Positions 37,821 through 52,463 of a DNA stretch of 64,000 nucleotides are shown here, in pieces. The notes beneath the pieces are model-generated. The model was given only the letters and a program-made list of their open reading frames with translations. It made no database searches and was not told the origin of the DNA. Origin of the DNA: Octopus vulgaris (lineage: Eukaryota); the NCBI GenBank assembly GCA_951406725.2, contig OX597828.1:25234001-25298000 (forward strand), read 5' to 3'. The position numbers and the translations under genes are program-made. Each line of letters starts with the position of its first letter. Within the stretch, counting starts at the first letter, position 1.

Positions 37821-38639
37821 GCTGAAATTGTAATTTAGAAGTGCACTAGTTAAGTAGCTAAATTGCTGAACAGAATAATTACATATGTCTCTGAGAGCTA
37901 CCAAGCATTCATAAAGTTGATTCTCAGATCCAGTTAAGAGAATTGTGGCTTGTAGAATTAAAACAACCTGCTCCAAGATAACATAACTAACAATTGTGGT
38001 TGATATGTACTCAAAAAATTCATCAGATTGATCCACTTAGCCAAATTACCCTCTGCTTTTAGCATACATAGATTTGATTATTGCTGTAAGAACTTCTCTT
38101 TATCTTTAAAATGATATCCTAACTCCAGTCTCATTTTACATGGCAGAAAAATAGGTATTCCCTTTTGGGAGAGAGGAGGTAGGCATCGAGAAAGATGTTG
38201 CAAAACATCTGGTTTGTTATACTGGCAATTGTTTGGTGCCATCTTGTTCTCTAAGAATGAACTGATAGTTTTCAACAACACCTTCCACTCTGCTACTTTC
38301 CTTGACATCACTTTTCCTATTGATAGCCATTACATCTTTACACTGCTGCTTTATAAACCAAATAACTCACACAACTGTTAACTTTTCAACTTCTCATTTC
38401 ATTTATCTAAAATTGCCATTCTCTTCTGACAATAGCTCTGATATCATTGTCTATTCAGCAAGGATTCAAAATTCCTTTCCAAATCTAAAAAAAAACATGC
38501 ATCTGTTCTTTTTCTCATGGGGTTACCATCTATCACCAGTCAACACAGGCTACACATGGAGCCACAGCACCCTTGTTTCACCTGCACATACTCCTAAAAA
38601 GAGTTTCCTCTTTTTATACTACAATTGCCCCTGTTATCT

Positions 38640-39080
38640 CTAAAAGTTGTGGATTATTATTGTGCACAACTTTTACTTCTCCTCTGATCCTCAAACTACT
38701 ATCTTTCACTCCTACTCATCTCCTTCGAAGGACAAAAAACTTACTTGCAGATTCTTAATTAGAAGTTACCTTCAATCTGGAAACTTGCATACTGACCACT
38801 TCAGTTGCTCCCTCTCTATGTGCTATACTAGTCCCGCCATTTTCAGTAGAAGTGTGTTTCATAAATGGTCACCCAAGCCTAATTCCAAGTCACCTAACCA
38901 CTTTGATGGTACCTCTACCAACCTTATTTATTACACTGCTTATAAATTTGCAAATCTCTACACATGGATAAAACAGGCCATTGCTTAGGTGATCTCTTCT
39001 GCAAGCACCCAAGCATCAAGCTTTTCAATTCACCTGGCCACTCCATGGATTACCTATTGGTTTGTGCAGTCAGCATGTAT
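38640..39080 (+). mobile_element. Highly decayed Penelope-like GIY-YIG region
   Basis: LLRRTKNLL and NHFDGTSTNLIYYTAYKFANLYT resemble PLE 'RRxKNL..FxCxSxNLIYxIxC..LYIG'. Cys residues are lost. Confidence 0.4.
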
Positions 39081-40159
39081 AACCCTCATTCTCCTAATAT
39101 TGATTTCCTCTTTAATATCGTTGCAGTTTGACTAAATGATTGTATATACTTACATGTGTGTATGTACATCATCATTTATTTCTGCTTATCTATTCTTATG
39201 TTCTTCTGTCATCAACTCCTGCCTGTTTTTTGAAATTCTTTGCACAAGTCTCCTACTTGTCAAGCTACAAGCATTCATGCTAATAATTTTCATTGTTTTC
39301 CAAATTTGTCAGCGTTCTCATTGATTACCTCCCACTGTGCAGCTTTTGTCACCTTATGAAACCCATCCTTTGTTTTTCATTATTTTCTGCTCCTCCTCAA
39401 TTATTTTTTTACTATTTTTTCTTTCTCTCACTCTATTCTCTGTCTATTTGGTACCATCAGAAAATATTGTTCTCTGAAGAGTCATGCCTGAAATTTTCCT
39501 CCTTTCTGCTTCTGAGCAGCAAAGTAATTTATATCACTTTTAAATTGTTTATATTCTTTAATTGCCAGCGTGGATCATAGCTAGTTTTCTTAAATAACAC
39601 ATTGTTTGATGTAGTGTTATCATGAATCTATATACCATGATAAAGGTTACTATCATAACTCTTCTTTATCTTGTCTCCAATGCAGTGATTCGTTAATTAT
39701 ATAGTTATTAAGTGTTACAGTTAGAAGTTCAGCATTGATATCAAACAAGATCATTTTTGTTGGGGCAGGGACTCTAATAGACAGTACCTTATCTATTGGA
39801 ATTAGTATATAAACTAAGTAAAAGTGTTGAATGAACTTGAAAAAAATGACAAAGGGTGATAGTGTTAAGAAAGACATGTAAGAAATACTGTTGTTATTAC
39901 TGTGGTTGTATTATGTCAGGTCTGTTTAAATAGATTTATTTAATGAAATGTTAACTAAATTATTTAAAGGTGACCCAGAAGTTTTTATCCACCTTTCAAT
40001 TATGTATAGGGATAAATTTGGTCAGGAATTATTATGCATCTGTGAAAGGTTATGAGATATATTACCACAATCAGAAACTTGAAACATCACATTTTGTCTC
40101 ACCTGCTTTGGTATTGCATTTAGTACACCAGAGCTTAAACAAAGAGTGGTGATTACAAA

Positions 40160-40546
40160 AGGCATGGTTGTGTGGTTAAGAAGCTCACTTTGCAACCATG
40201 TGGTTAGATGGTCCAGTCCCACTGTGCAGCACCTTGAACAGGTGTCTTCTATTTTAGCAACAGTCTGACCAATGATTTATGAGTTAATCTGGTATACAGA
40301 AGTTGTGGAAGCACATTGTGTGTGTGTGCCTGCATGCACATGTACATACATGTTAGTGTTTGTTCCTCACTATTACTTTACAACTGGTGTGGGTTTGTTT
40401 ACATCTTTGCAAGTTAGTGGTTTGGCAAAAGAGAATGATTGAATAAGTACCAGATTTCAAAAAATAAGTGCAGGGGTTTGGGTTATTCAAGGTGGTGACC
40501 CAGCATGGCTGTAGTCCATTGACTGAAACAATTCAAAGATAAAAGA
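40160..40546 (+). mobile_element. SINE family A (diverged)
   Basis: GGCATGGTTGTGTGGTTAAGAAGCTCAC head, GGCAAAAGAG..GAATAAGTACC body and CAGCATGGCTGTAGTC..GACTGAAACA tail. Confidence 0.75.
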
Positions 40547-41024
40547 TTTGAGCTTGTTTTGTATAATCAGAAAAGGCTTTGAACCATAGAAAAAGAGATA
40601 ATTAGGAAACTTTTCATGTGATTAGAAACATGTCTAATAAAAGTTATGTCCACATTGTCCACATAAGAATTGCACTTGAAGTCCAGACTTAGCATCGTGA
40701 ACATTGAGTAATAAGTAAAAAAAATTGTATATACCTCCTTTAAGTGCTGAGTGTCTTTTGAGGATTGATGCCTAGTTCTAGTTTTATGATGTCAAAGCAG
40801 ATTAGAGATAGTGCCAGTCTGTTGCTGGTAACTTTCCAAGCTGAGTTAGTAATCATTCCTGACAGCTAAGTGAACTGAGAAACATAGAATTAAGTTTACA
40901 ACTCAAATACATACCATATCCACTTAACTGTTTCTGCTATGAAATACTTGCCATTTCCTTTTTACATTCCCTGCTCCCTTTCTTTTCCTTTATTAACTTC
41001 ATCACACATTTATACACCTTTTGT

Positions 41025-41324
41025 TTAACCCCTTACCCAACAATTATTTTGAAAATAAATGTATTTTTTCAGACATATTTTTTAATTGTTTTATTTTACT
41101 ATGTTTTGAATGGTGATTTCGAGGTATATTTCAAACCTTATTTATTATGAATTTTAATTCAATAATATTGATTTTAAATTACGGCATTGGGCAGAAATGA
41201 GTTAACCCGTTTTTAGACGAAGGAACTCGTTTGCTGTCGATTTTGGCGAATCTATCTTTTGATGAGTTAACTCGCCAGAGATGGTCAAAACGCATATATT
41301 CGTTTCTGCCGGGTAAGGGGTTAA
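41025..41324. mobile_element. piggyBac-type MITE, family P2
   Basis: TTAA-CCCCTTACCC ... GGGTAAGGGG-TTAA (10-bp perfect TIR plus TTAA). Confidence 0.75.
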
Positions 41325-41426
41325 TGTATCAGATGTATTAAAACTTAATAATGCCACAAGCAGGCTAGTTGAATAATCAAATTCATACTCAGTACTTTGT
41401 GGTTTCAAATCTAGTGTTGAATTGTA

Positions 41427-41811
41427 TCTCTCTCTATATAAATGGCAGTTTGTCTGTGTGTGTTTCTGTGTGTCTGTTAGGTTGTACCCTCACCCTGACC
41501 ACGGCTTTCAACCGATTCTGATGGAACTTGACACACACATAGCCCAATGTCATAATTCAAAACTAACGCAACAAAAATTTTGAAAAGTTCCCCCAGTTCT
41601 GAAAAAAATCGATAAATTCGACATGGGGTCGAGAATCAGAAACACAAACCACAGACTGTCTAGGGGACGCAACTCCACCTTTTTAGCTCTCAAAAATAAA
41701 TTTACCATAATTTTCCCCCCATTTTTTTGCTATTTTTTGGCTATAACTCTCTAAAAATGCTTTATAGTTATTTCCCTTACAAACCCGAGCAACGCCGGGC
41801 GATACTGCTAG
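41427..41811 (+). mobile_element. Full-length young non-autonomous Helitron
   Basis: A|TCTCTCTCTATATAAA start, CCCGAGCAACGCCGGG hairpin, CTAG|T end and no TSD. Confidence 0.92.
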
Positions 41812-42417
41812 TCTTTGCATAAAGAAATTTATCTTTTTTCACATGGAAATAGAGTTTTGCTTTAGAATTCTTTTTACTAGAAAGTAATATAAAGTCTGAC
41901 TGTGTAAAATTGCAGAACTGTTAGACATATGCACTCAAGTACATGCGCATGCACACACACACAACTCCAAGTTTAAAATCTGAGTAATAAAAATAATCTA
42001 AATAAAATTATGTGAATATTTTGCTTGGAGCAGAATTTTTAGCAGTTGAATAGCATTGATTACTTTTCCTTGTTAAGTATGATGTTCAGTTATTTGAATA
42101 ATACGTCTTTGCAAATCTGAGAATTTTGTTGATATTTCAGCTACAATACAAATTCTTCTTGACCTGTCTTCTGCTTTGAGAATCTAAGCTGAAATAGGAG
42201 CAATAAGTTCAGGGATGATGTACTGAATGACATGTGCTAAAAATTTGCTGTTATTTGAAATTTCCCTTTTGGTTGGAGAAAGAAATGGCATGAATTTAGA
42301 TAAGCTAATTTAGATATACTGAATGACATTGCAAAAAAACAATTCTCTGTTATTTGAAATTTTTTATAACTATTTTACTGTAAAACATTGTCATCTGATG
42401 AAAGTAGGTTTGAGTAA

Positions 42418-42462
42418 ACAATTCTGACAAGGTGAAGTGAGACCGAAACATGTCTATATTGT
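42418..42462 (+). ncRNA. Degenerate minimal hammerhead-like motif
   Basis: CTGACAA-GGT(gaagtgag)ACC-GAAA-CATGTC: palindromic ACATGT stem III and GUC site, but one core mismatch (CUGACAA) and a poor stem I. Confidence 0.3.
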
Positions 42463-42687
42463 TTCTTGCTGGCAAAGAGAGTTCAGATATTTTCTTTAAG
42501 CATGCAAATACATTTTATTAGATTTTTTATTTCTTAAAAGTATCTCGACTTTCTTTTGAGAGGTATTGACAAATTAGTGTTCTGTTTAGTTTTCTTTCTT
42601 CAGTTAAACAGTTAATTTCATTTAAAGGAAAACTTCATACTGAAACTTCATATAATTGAGAATAGCATGTAGAATTTAGTATGTTAT

Positions 42688-42900
42688 CATGATCATTTAA
42701 TGCCCATTTTCCATCCTGGTGTGGGTTGAACAGTTTAACAGGATCAGACGAGCTTCGAGGCCTTATGGAGTTCCAGTGCCAGCGTTGGCATGGTTTCTAT
42801 GGTTGGGTGCCTTTCCTAATGCCAATCACTTTATGTGCTAGGTGCTTTTTTTCATGCCACCAGCATTAGAGAAGTCTCCAGGTTAACTTGCAAGACGAAA
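42688..42900 (-). mobile_element. Diverged RTE-tail-bearing repeat
   Basis: CATTTAATGCCCATTTTCCAT...GGGTTGAACAG...TTCCTAATGCCAATCACT...GGTGCTTTTT motifs. Confidence 0.6.
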
Positions 42901-43297
42901 AAGGAAAAAGGCCCCTCGACTTAGTAGGAGGAGGGAGTACCTGAGAAATGAAGTTGACTGTGATTTTCAGTTAGGTATTGAGAGGCTATAGTGGTGTCTT
43001 GCAATAGAGGAGATACATGGGTACCTTGCATTGTATAAGGCTGGGTGGGAGTTACTGGAAAGACGGTAGAGGTGTTGATGAGATGCCAGAGCATCTTAAG
43101 ATGCAAGAAGGTCCTAATCAAAATTCCTACCATTGGCCTTTATTTCATTTTGTCTGATGACTGTAACTTGATGTGTTTTCCTATTTCGTTATTTAGTCTT
43201 AGATTGTATTTTCCTTGAGATATCAGCCACTGTATCTTTTCAGTCTCTAATTTGTCTTTATTCTCATGATACAGTTCTCTTTAGTGGTAGAGATATA

Positions 43298-43340
43298 TAT
43301 TTCTTTACTACCCACAAGGGGCTAAACATAGAGGGGACGA
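43298..43340 (-). mobile_element. 43-bp tail-only retroposon insertion with 15-bp TSD
   Basis: AGTGGTAGAGATATA at 43283-43297 and 43341-43355 flanks TATTTCTTTACTACCCACAAGGGGCTAAACATAGAGGGGACGA, the family B tail. Confidence 0.85.
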
Positions 43341-44941
43341 AGTGGTAGAGATATACTTGTGTATGTTGCTGATTTATGTAACAGTGTAAAACTTGGCACA
43401 GGAGACGTGTTTAAATAAAACCACAATTTTAAAACTTTTTTTTTATTTAATATAAAAGTGCCACTTTTACTTCCCAACTGATTTGTTGATGAACTGTTTA
43501 AGAATTTGTTTACACCTGTTCTATTATATAAATTACCACACTTCTTCCCATGATATTTATTGAAATGGTGGTGGTTATAAATTTCTCTTAATTTATGCAA
43601 GCCTTACAACAAACTGTGAAATAAATGAAAAGATCTGATTATGATAAATATTTTCATGAATGTTTACATAAAATATGTTTACATAAAAAAATGTTGCTTT
43701 CTGGTATTGTCAATATATACTATCTCAATAAATATTGCTGAATGAAAATAGTTGTAATTTTTCTCATTTTATGGTTGATTTATTTAAGGTCGTGTGTGTG
43801 TGTAAAAAGTTAATGATTCATGCAGCTATTCAATTTTTACTATTTTCCAAATCTTATTATAAATAACAATTTAAAAAAAAATTTCATGTTAGAGTGTATT
43901 TCTATGAAAATAAATTCAATTGAGAATATTTATAGTAATAATGAATACTAGATTATAAAATTGAATACAATCTCAATGGCTGTATTGTTCAACTTATACT
44001 GAAATATTTTATTGAGTTGAAATAGCCAAGTGGCTAAGATAGTCAGTCAACTATTTGCTTATTGAATTCTGCTGAAATTCATTGCCAGAATTTCATTTTC
44101 TTTCTAGAATGAATTTGAACATCTTATTCTGCATTATTTCAGGTCACTTAGTCTTTTATTTTCTTATTTTCTTTTTAATCTTTTCGTCAGGAGTGAAGGC
44201 TGTGCCCATTCCTCCTTACAGGGTGTTTGAGACAGAGGGATGAGAGGGAGGAAAGTCTCCTTAAACTGAAGACCTGACCTAAATGCTGGCAATAAGATGA
44301 GCTCTACTAAAAACACCTAAGGTGTCAGGTGGTGGTCGTGTTAAACTGGGTAGTAGGCCATAGTAGGATTTGAACTCAGAACACAAGAGCCAGGTTATTC
44401 ATATATTGCAAAATATCTACTCTTATAGTTCTTACCAATCCACTCCTTGAATTGGCACTTCTGTTTTTTTTTTTTTTAATCAAATTTGAAAAACTGAAAG
44501 AAAAATCTATCCTGGCAAGATATGAAATTAGAGCACAGGAATCTGAACAAATACTGTGCATGCCAATGATCCAACCATGAGAAGTTGGTCATTCATTTGT
44601 CTACAGGAGACTGATGTCTTATTTGGATGATGTCTCCTTCACTTAGTTCATGTTTCAAATTAAAGCTAGGTACCTACTTTGAAGGATTCAGTTGACTTTT
44701 GTTATTTGCCTTGATTTTGTTTTAGTTAATTGTTCTTAATTTTAATCATTGTCATCATTTTAAACACAGCTCTCACTACATCTCACCATGTGTCACAGCC
44801 CTTCATTGGTTTTCAGGGCAACATGCTCCTCATATTTGCAGCTTAAACAGTGATAATGAGATGCATTTTATTGTGATATTGACATTATATCTGCCATAGG
44901 GTAGTCTCCTCTATACTCTTTATCAGTGCTTTTATCTAGAA

Positions 44942-45316
44942 CTAGCAGTATCACCCGGCGTTGCTCGGGTTTGTAAGGGAAATAACTATAAAGCATTTTT
45001 AGAGAGTTATAGCCAAAAAATAGCAAAAAAATGAAAAACAAATGATGGTAAATTTTTTTGAGAGTTAAAAAGGTCGAGTTGCGCACCCTAGACAGTCTGT
45101 GGTTTGTGTTTCTGATTCTCGACCCCATGTCGAATTTATCGATTTTTTTCAGAACTGGGGGAACTTTTCAAAATTTTCGCTGCGTTAGTTTTGAATTATG
45201 ACATTGGGCTATGTGTGTGTCAAGTTTCATCAGAATCGGTTGAAAGCCGTGGTCAGGGTGAGGGTACAACCTAACAGACACGCAGACAGACAAACTGCCG
45301 TTTATATATAGAGAGA
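44942..45316 (-). mobile_element. Full-length young non-autonomous Helitron (same family as 41427-41811)
   Basis: Near-identical reverse complement, with TC start, hairpin and CTAG end, inserted between A and T. Confidence 0.92.
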
Positions 45317-47049
45317 TTGTTGTTCTGGATGTGTTGTTTGTGTTGGAGTTGTGGACTCTACATCTCTATTTATTAGTTTTTTTCAGTGGTATAGTTTTTA
45401 TAGCTGAATATCATTCCTATAACCAACCTCCTTATAGGATGGACTGAGTTTGTATTATCATGCCACCAGTATAAGAGAGATTGTCTTTGATAAGACTAAA
45501 GAGCTCTCTCTTACTTGTGTTCCTTCTTACTTCTTGTTCCTTATTGGTGTGGGTTTTAATTCTGGATGCTCTTATCACCAACCATTCAACTGTATGGATT
45601 GGGTGCATTTTGGCATACCATCAGCACTTGAAAGGTTGTTTTTGTCAAGGTTAAGGAGTCTCTACTACTTTTTGTCCCCTTCATCCATTCCTTCCTTTTT
45701 AGTATGGCTTTTTCGGCTGGAAGCCCATCCTATTATCAACCAATTTACACATAGTATCAGTTTTAATTCAGTTCCTGGTCTCCTAATAAGGTACTCTCTC
45801 TCTCTCTCTCTCTCTCCTCCCCTGCACTCCCTCTCCCCCTGCACTCCCTCTCTCCACTCTCCTGCACCCTCACTCAACTCCCCACACACTACCCCTTTTC
45901 TCTTTTCTGCAGTTTGCAGCAGATGTCATTGTGCGATTAGGGCAAACTCCTTTTCATGTACTTTTGGGATTGTTCAGATTGTCCAGCTTTCTAGATAGAC
46001 TCCCTAGTTTGTATTGGAATTGTTGGTTAACCTTGCTGGAGGTCTAAGCCAAATGAGAGTAATGTTGTCTCTGTTATGGGAGACTTAGAGCAATAACTTA
46101 GGCTGTCTCCATTGTAGAGGAGAGTCATTTATCTACTGGGGGAGGTATTGTGAATACAATCGGGCTTACATCATCAAGATAGATACTAGGCTGGAGAGGA
46201 TAATATCATAGCAACAACCCACTTGTGCTGTCAAGATGGGTTGTGGAAGATTAAAGGTTAATGCTAAAAGCAGTTGGGTGTGCATTGTAAATTTGAGCCA
46301 TCAGGATGGGGAGGCAGACAACAAGCAATCTGTGCCTCCTTGTTCATGATGTTGTACAAAACAAAACTAAGGGAATGGAATGCTTCTATAATAGCAAAAC
46401 TGTATATCACTTTGAATGAAACCTGCCTGATATATCTCTCTTTCACTCTCTCATAATTCCCCAATGATAAGAAGGTGAGATATATCTGACAGATAAGACC
46501 TATTCCATTGTTTCACCTCTCAGAATTGTAACCCTATGGAATTCCGTCCATGTTCAGCTTACAGAAATTTAAAATGAGTATCGAAACATTGATCTCCGCA
46601 CTCTGGAAGACTAGAAGTACATATACTTCTGTAACTGTTTGATAAAAAAAAAACAGAATAGAAAATCCATGCAACTTCAGAAAAATGAGGGCAAAAACAC
46701 TTTCAGATAAGTGAGGGAGGAAGCATAAAATTAGAAAAATGGACTCAATGAAAATATTTCATATGTTAATTTCAAAGTTTATTATTGAAGATTGTGTGTG
46801 ATTGATTCTAGAAAAATTGAAAAATATGCTTGTTTTGTGGAGTGGAAAGAAATTGATATTAGGAATTATCTTTGCACTGGAAAGGAAGTAATTACAGAAG
46901 AGTACATTGAGGAGAAATCCAATATCAAACTATTTTTATATACATAATTCAAATTTAATAGACTAATTGCTTTGTTGGAAGTGGGTTTTTTCAGTATTGA
47001 TGTAAAATTATTGTTATATTATTTTAAGACATTTGGTAATGTGTTTGTA

Positions 47050-47102
<53 letters not shown>

Positions 47103-47119
47103 ATGCATGAATATGTAAT

Positions 47120-47170
<51 letters not shown>

Positions 47171-47531
47171 CAATATCGGCATTTTAATAACCACATTTTC
47201 TTTGTTGCTTGGGTTAGACAAAATCTATTGAGGTAGATTCTCTATGGTGGTGGTTGTTAATCTTTTGTTATGTCCACACTTCTAAAACATTTTTTTGATG
47301 TCTTTGCACCCCTTAAAAAATTAATAATTTATTTGACAATAATGAAGGTGAACTTGTACTAAATTTGAGCAACATATTTTATATTATCTAACTTTTCATT
47401 ATGCTAAGAAAAACGAAACATATGTCAAATATTATAACAAATTAAAATAAATTTTATTATAACAAATCATATTTTTACAAAATGATACATAGAAACAACT
47501 AATGCTTAAACATGCATAAATGAATTTAAAT

Positions 47532-49279
<1,748 letters not shown>

Positions 49280-49639
49280 GATGAAGAGTTAATATGATAA
49301 AATTATGATCTGATAAAAGAAATAAAAATATGGATAAAGTCGACTGGAAGAAACAGGAAACCTAACACAGTAACAATAATACCATTAAAGATCCAAGAAT
49401 ATGTGTAATAATAATACTATTAATTAAAAACTAAAAACTGGGAACACATGCATAACCACAGTGACGGCTGCTAGCCTCTAATTCCCTAATCTAATGGTTG
49501 GCATTAAGCTAGGCTAGTCTAACTTAATTTGAACACACAAAAAATGGTTAAGAAGAGCTATGTTACTCACAATTATATAATATTCAAATTGATATCAACG
49601 TTAATTTCACATTTACTTCATATATTTTCACAACATGTC

Positions 49640-50162
49640 TTAACCCACTAACTTGCCAAATTATTTTAGTCATATTTTTCGTCTTTGCCAGGTGTCTTAG
49701 GAGTTAAAATAATATATAGTATTTAAATTTTCTTCATATGTGAATTATTTTGGAAATTATGATAAATTTTTTGTGAAGTCCCAAATGAGGATCACTGAAA
49801 AAAGCATATTTATCCTTTTCTATTCAATTTTATGTTTTTTTGAAATTATAGTATCAAAATGTTAATGTGTATGAAATATCAATGAATGATATAGATGGAA
49901 AATAAAAAAAATAAATAAAAAAAAAACGTTTTCAGGACAGCCAATATTTTTATAGTTCAAGAATTGCGATTTATGACATAAAATGTCCTCTAGAATTAGT
50001 CAGAGCTAATAATGACAAACTTTAACGACTAAATATTGTTAAACATACCTTTGCAAATGCAACGATGTCCATAAGCAATTCACTTTAAATACACTGAACA
50101 ACTGGCAGTGAGACTGTTTTTAGCAGATCCCCAAATGGGACTCGTGGCAGGCAATGGGTTAA
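49640..50162. mobile_element. piggyBac-type non-autonomous element, family P3
   Basis: TTAA-CCCACTAACTTGCCA ... TGGCAGGCAATGGG-TTAA imperfect TIRs. Confidence 0.6.
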
Positions 50163-50469
50163 TAAAGATACCTTTTTCACAAAATGAACAGATAACAAAG
50201 TTATCGCAATCAGCCATTTAGGTAGATAAATTCAAAAAATTGTCAGGAAACAATTTTCACGACTGAATTTATGACAATTTTTATTTGCAAATTGCTTTGT
50301 TAATGTCATTTTCTCTAGCATGTGTGATCAAAGTTGTTTTGATATACTGTAATTTCATGACTATTATTCTTCGCACTTTGCTATTGCTGGTTGCAAATCA
50401 ATTTGTTAACATATTCTTCTGGAAGCAGCCAGATATCACGATATATTATTTCCCACTTTTCTTCACAAA

Positions 50470-50705
50470 ATATTCTCAAAGGTCACCGTTTTAACACTGT
50501 TGTCAAGATCCAGAGTGGATCACAGAAGGTTCTTGACACGTGGAAAAAGACTTCCAGGCCGGATTCTAAAAGTGGCAGAAACGCTGGGACCAGTGTATTG
50601 CTGTGCAAGGTGACTATTTCGAAGGAGATGAGGTTAAAACTTATGTAAATAAGTTAGGTTTTGTCAAACATAACTAATCTGGGAACCTTTTGATACCACC
50701 TTGTA
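50470..50705 (+). mobile_element. Mariner 3' fragment (same family as 4905-5813)
   Basis: KWQKRWDQCIAVQGDYFEGDEVKT and TIR CTTTTGATACCACCTTGTA. Confidence 0.85.
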
Positions 50706-51288
50706 AATAAAGTTAGAAATTACCTGTCCTTCTCCAACGAGCAACTTACTCCGTGCTATTTTACTGTTTGGGAGAATGACTTTATTTTGGTATTTTTAAG
50801 GCAGAATGTGGATTATTGTTTCTAAATTGGCATGTTTACATTTTCTTTTTTCCTGTACTCACTTATGTCAAGAAATGTGTGTTACAAGAGAAGGATGAAT
50901 ATGTTTTGTAACATAATTGTTTGAAAAATGTACTTATGAAATCATGTCTATAGAAGCACCCATCAAACTCTTGTATTGGCTATATGTGTGTGGACATGAA
51001 GTAGCTTTGATGTACTCATGTTAGTTTCATATCAGACATGCAAAATACACTATATCATTAATTTCTGGTTAGAATGAGAAATGGTAAAATTTTATATCAG
51101 ACTTACTACACCATTAAGTAAATTGTTAAAAAGAAATCTGTTGTAAAAGCTGTGTCTGAAGTATGAGTTTAATGTAGTTTAATGATTCACCATAATCACT
51201 TGTGAAGCCAAACCAATTTATGGTTCATAGAGCTCACATACATAGAAATATACTGATTACATAGAGATTACATAGAATATATAATAGA

Positions 51289-51534
51289 CTAGCAGAGATA
51301 CCCGGCGTTGCCCATTTTACATGCAATTGAAGAATTAGACTTTTCTGTTATATTTTTTGTAATGAACTGGAATATCTATGTTTCGAATTTCATCAAAATT
51401 GCAGATGAGGGTTATTTCTCTCTTTACACACCATAAAAAAATTGTAATCGTGCCACATGTATCCATACTACTAATTTTTATGCGCATATTCCAAAATTCC
51501 AGTCTTATTGAACCTGTTAAAAAGACAGTCCATG

Positions 51535-51576
<42 letters not shown>

Positions 51577-52008
51577 TGTAAATTTAAATTTAAAATAATA
51601 AGGGTGAAAAATTGAATATTAATTTGATTAATATAAATTGAAAACCAGTGGTGTAGTATATAAGACCATAGCGGATCATCTTCTAGCAAAATGGATGTCC
51701 ACTGTTAATGGTTCATCCCTGTTATATAATAGTTTCAGTATTAAAGTGAAAGCATGTGACATTACAATATAAAGATGTTTTTGTTTCACTTTTAACACGT
51801 AATACTGAAATAGTGGAGAAGATATGCTTTTGCTGTGGGCTCGCCCTAGGCAAGAAGTTAAAAATTTTTTTCCCCCACGACACTACATGGACCCTAAGTA
51901 AGGCATGTGTAAAATTTGAATGAAATTGGTTGTGTAGTTCTCAAGTTTTAGGGAAAAACACAGACAGACAGACAAGCAGACACACATTCTCAGTTTTATA
52001 TATATAGA
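51289..52008 (-). mobile_element. Non-autonomous Helitron inserted in a short GATTACATAGA tandem repeat
   Basis: Minus-strand TCTATATATATAAAACTG start, GGGCAACGCCGGG..CTGCTAG end, A|T site. GATTACATAGA units continue on both sides. Confidence 0.75.
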
Positions 52009-52360
52009 TTACATAAATAGAGATTACATAGAAATATACTCTGGATAAGATGTTAGCCTTTAGCACATTTCTAACACTGAGAGTATTCCAGCAAGAAGGC
52101 TTGAAGTATGATCAAACTAACTCTGCAACCCATATATAGATCCTTCCGTCCAACCCTTGCTAGCACGGAAAACTGACATTAAACGATGATGATGATCAGC
52201 ATATTATACCCAGTTTAGGCACCACTCATCTTTGATTCCTGAAAGCTGGAAAGCTAAGTGGACGACTTCAGTGGAATTTTAATTACAAATCCTGTTTTGA
52301 ACCCGTGTGTCAGGTATTAATTCTGATGTACATGAGTACATCAAATGAAACTAACATGAG

Positions 52361-52463
52361 TACATTGTAACTCTCACTCTGACTGTCATTTCCTTCTCAA
52401 CCTCTGTCTTTTTTATGTCTGCTTTTCCATGATGTTATGAATTGTGAGTTGAACAGATTCTTA
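52361..52463 (+). repeat. 103-bp direct repeat, copy 1
   Basis: Identical to 54328-54430 except one base (GATGTTATG vs GATGCTATG). Confidence 0.92.

Noticed and set aside
44191-44243. Exon candidate GVKAVPIPPYRVFETEG* as a stand-alone feature
   Set aside because: The acceptor is good, but the downstream sequence ends in a reverse B-box (GGATTTGAACTCAGAAC, ~44366) and may be an old antisense SINE. Kept only as a weak member of the exon-array hypothesis.
45450-46260. 182-aa ORF and minus-strand YLDD motif
   Set aside because: The ORF runs through a CT-rich low-complexity tract with no recognisable domain. The isolated YLDD is insufficient.
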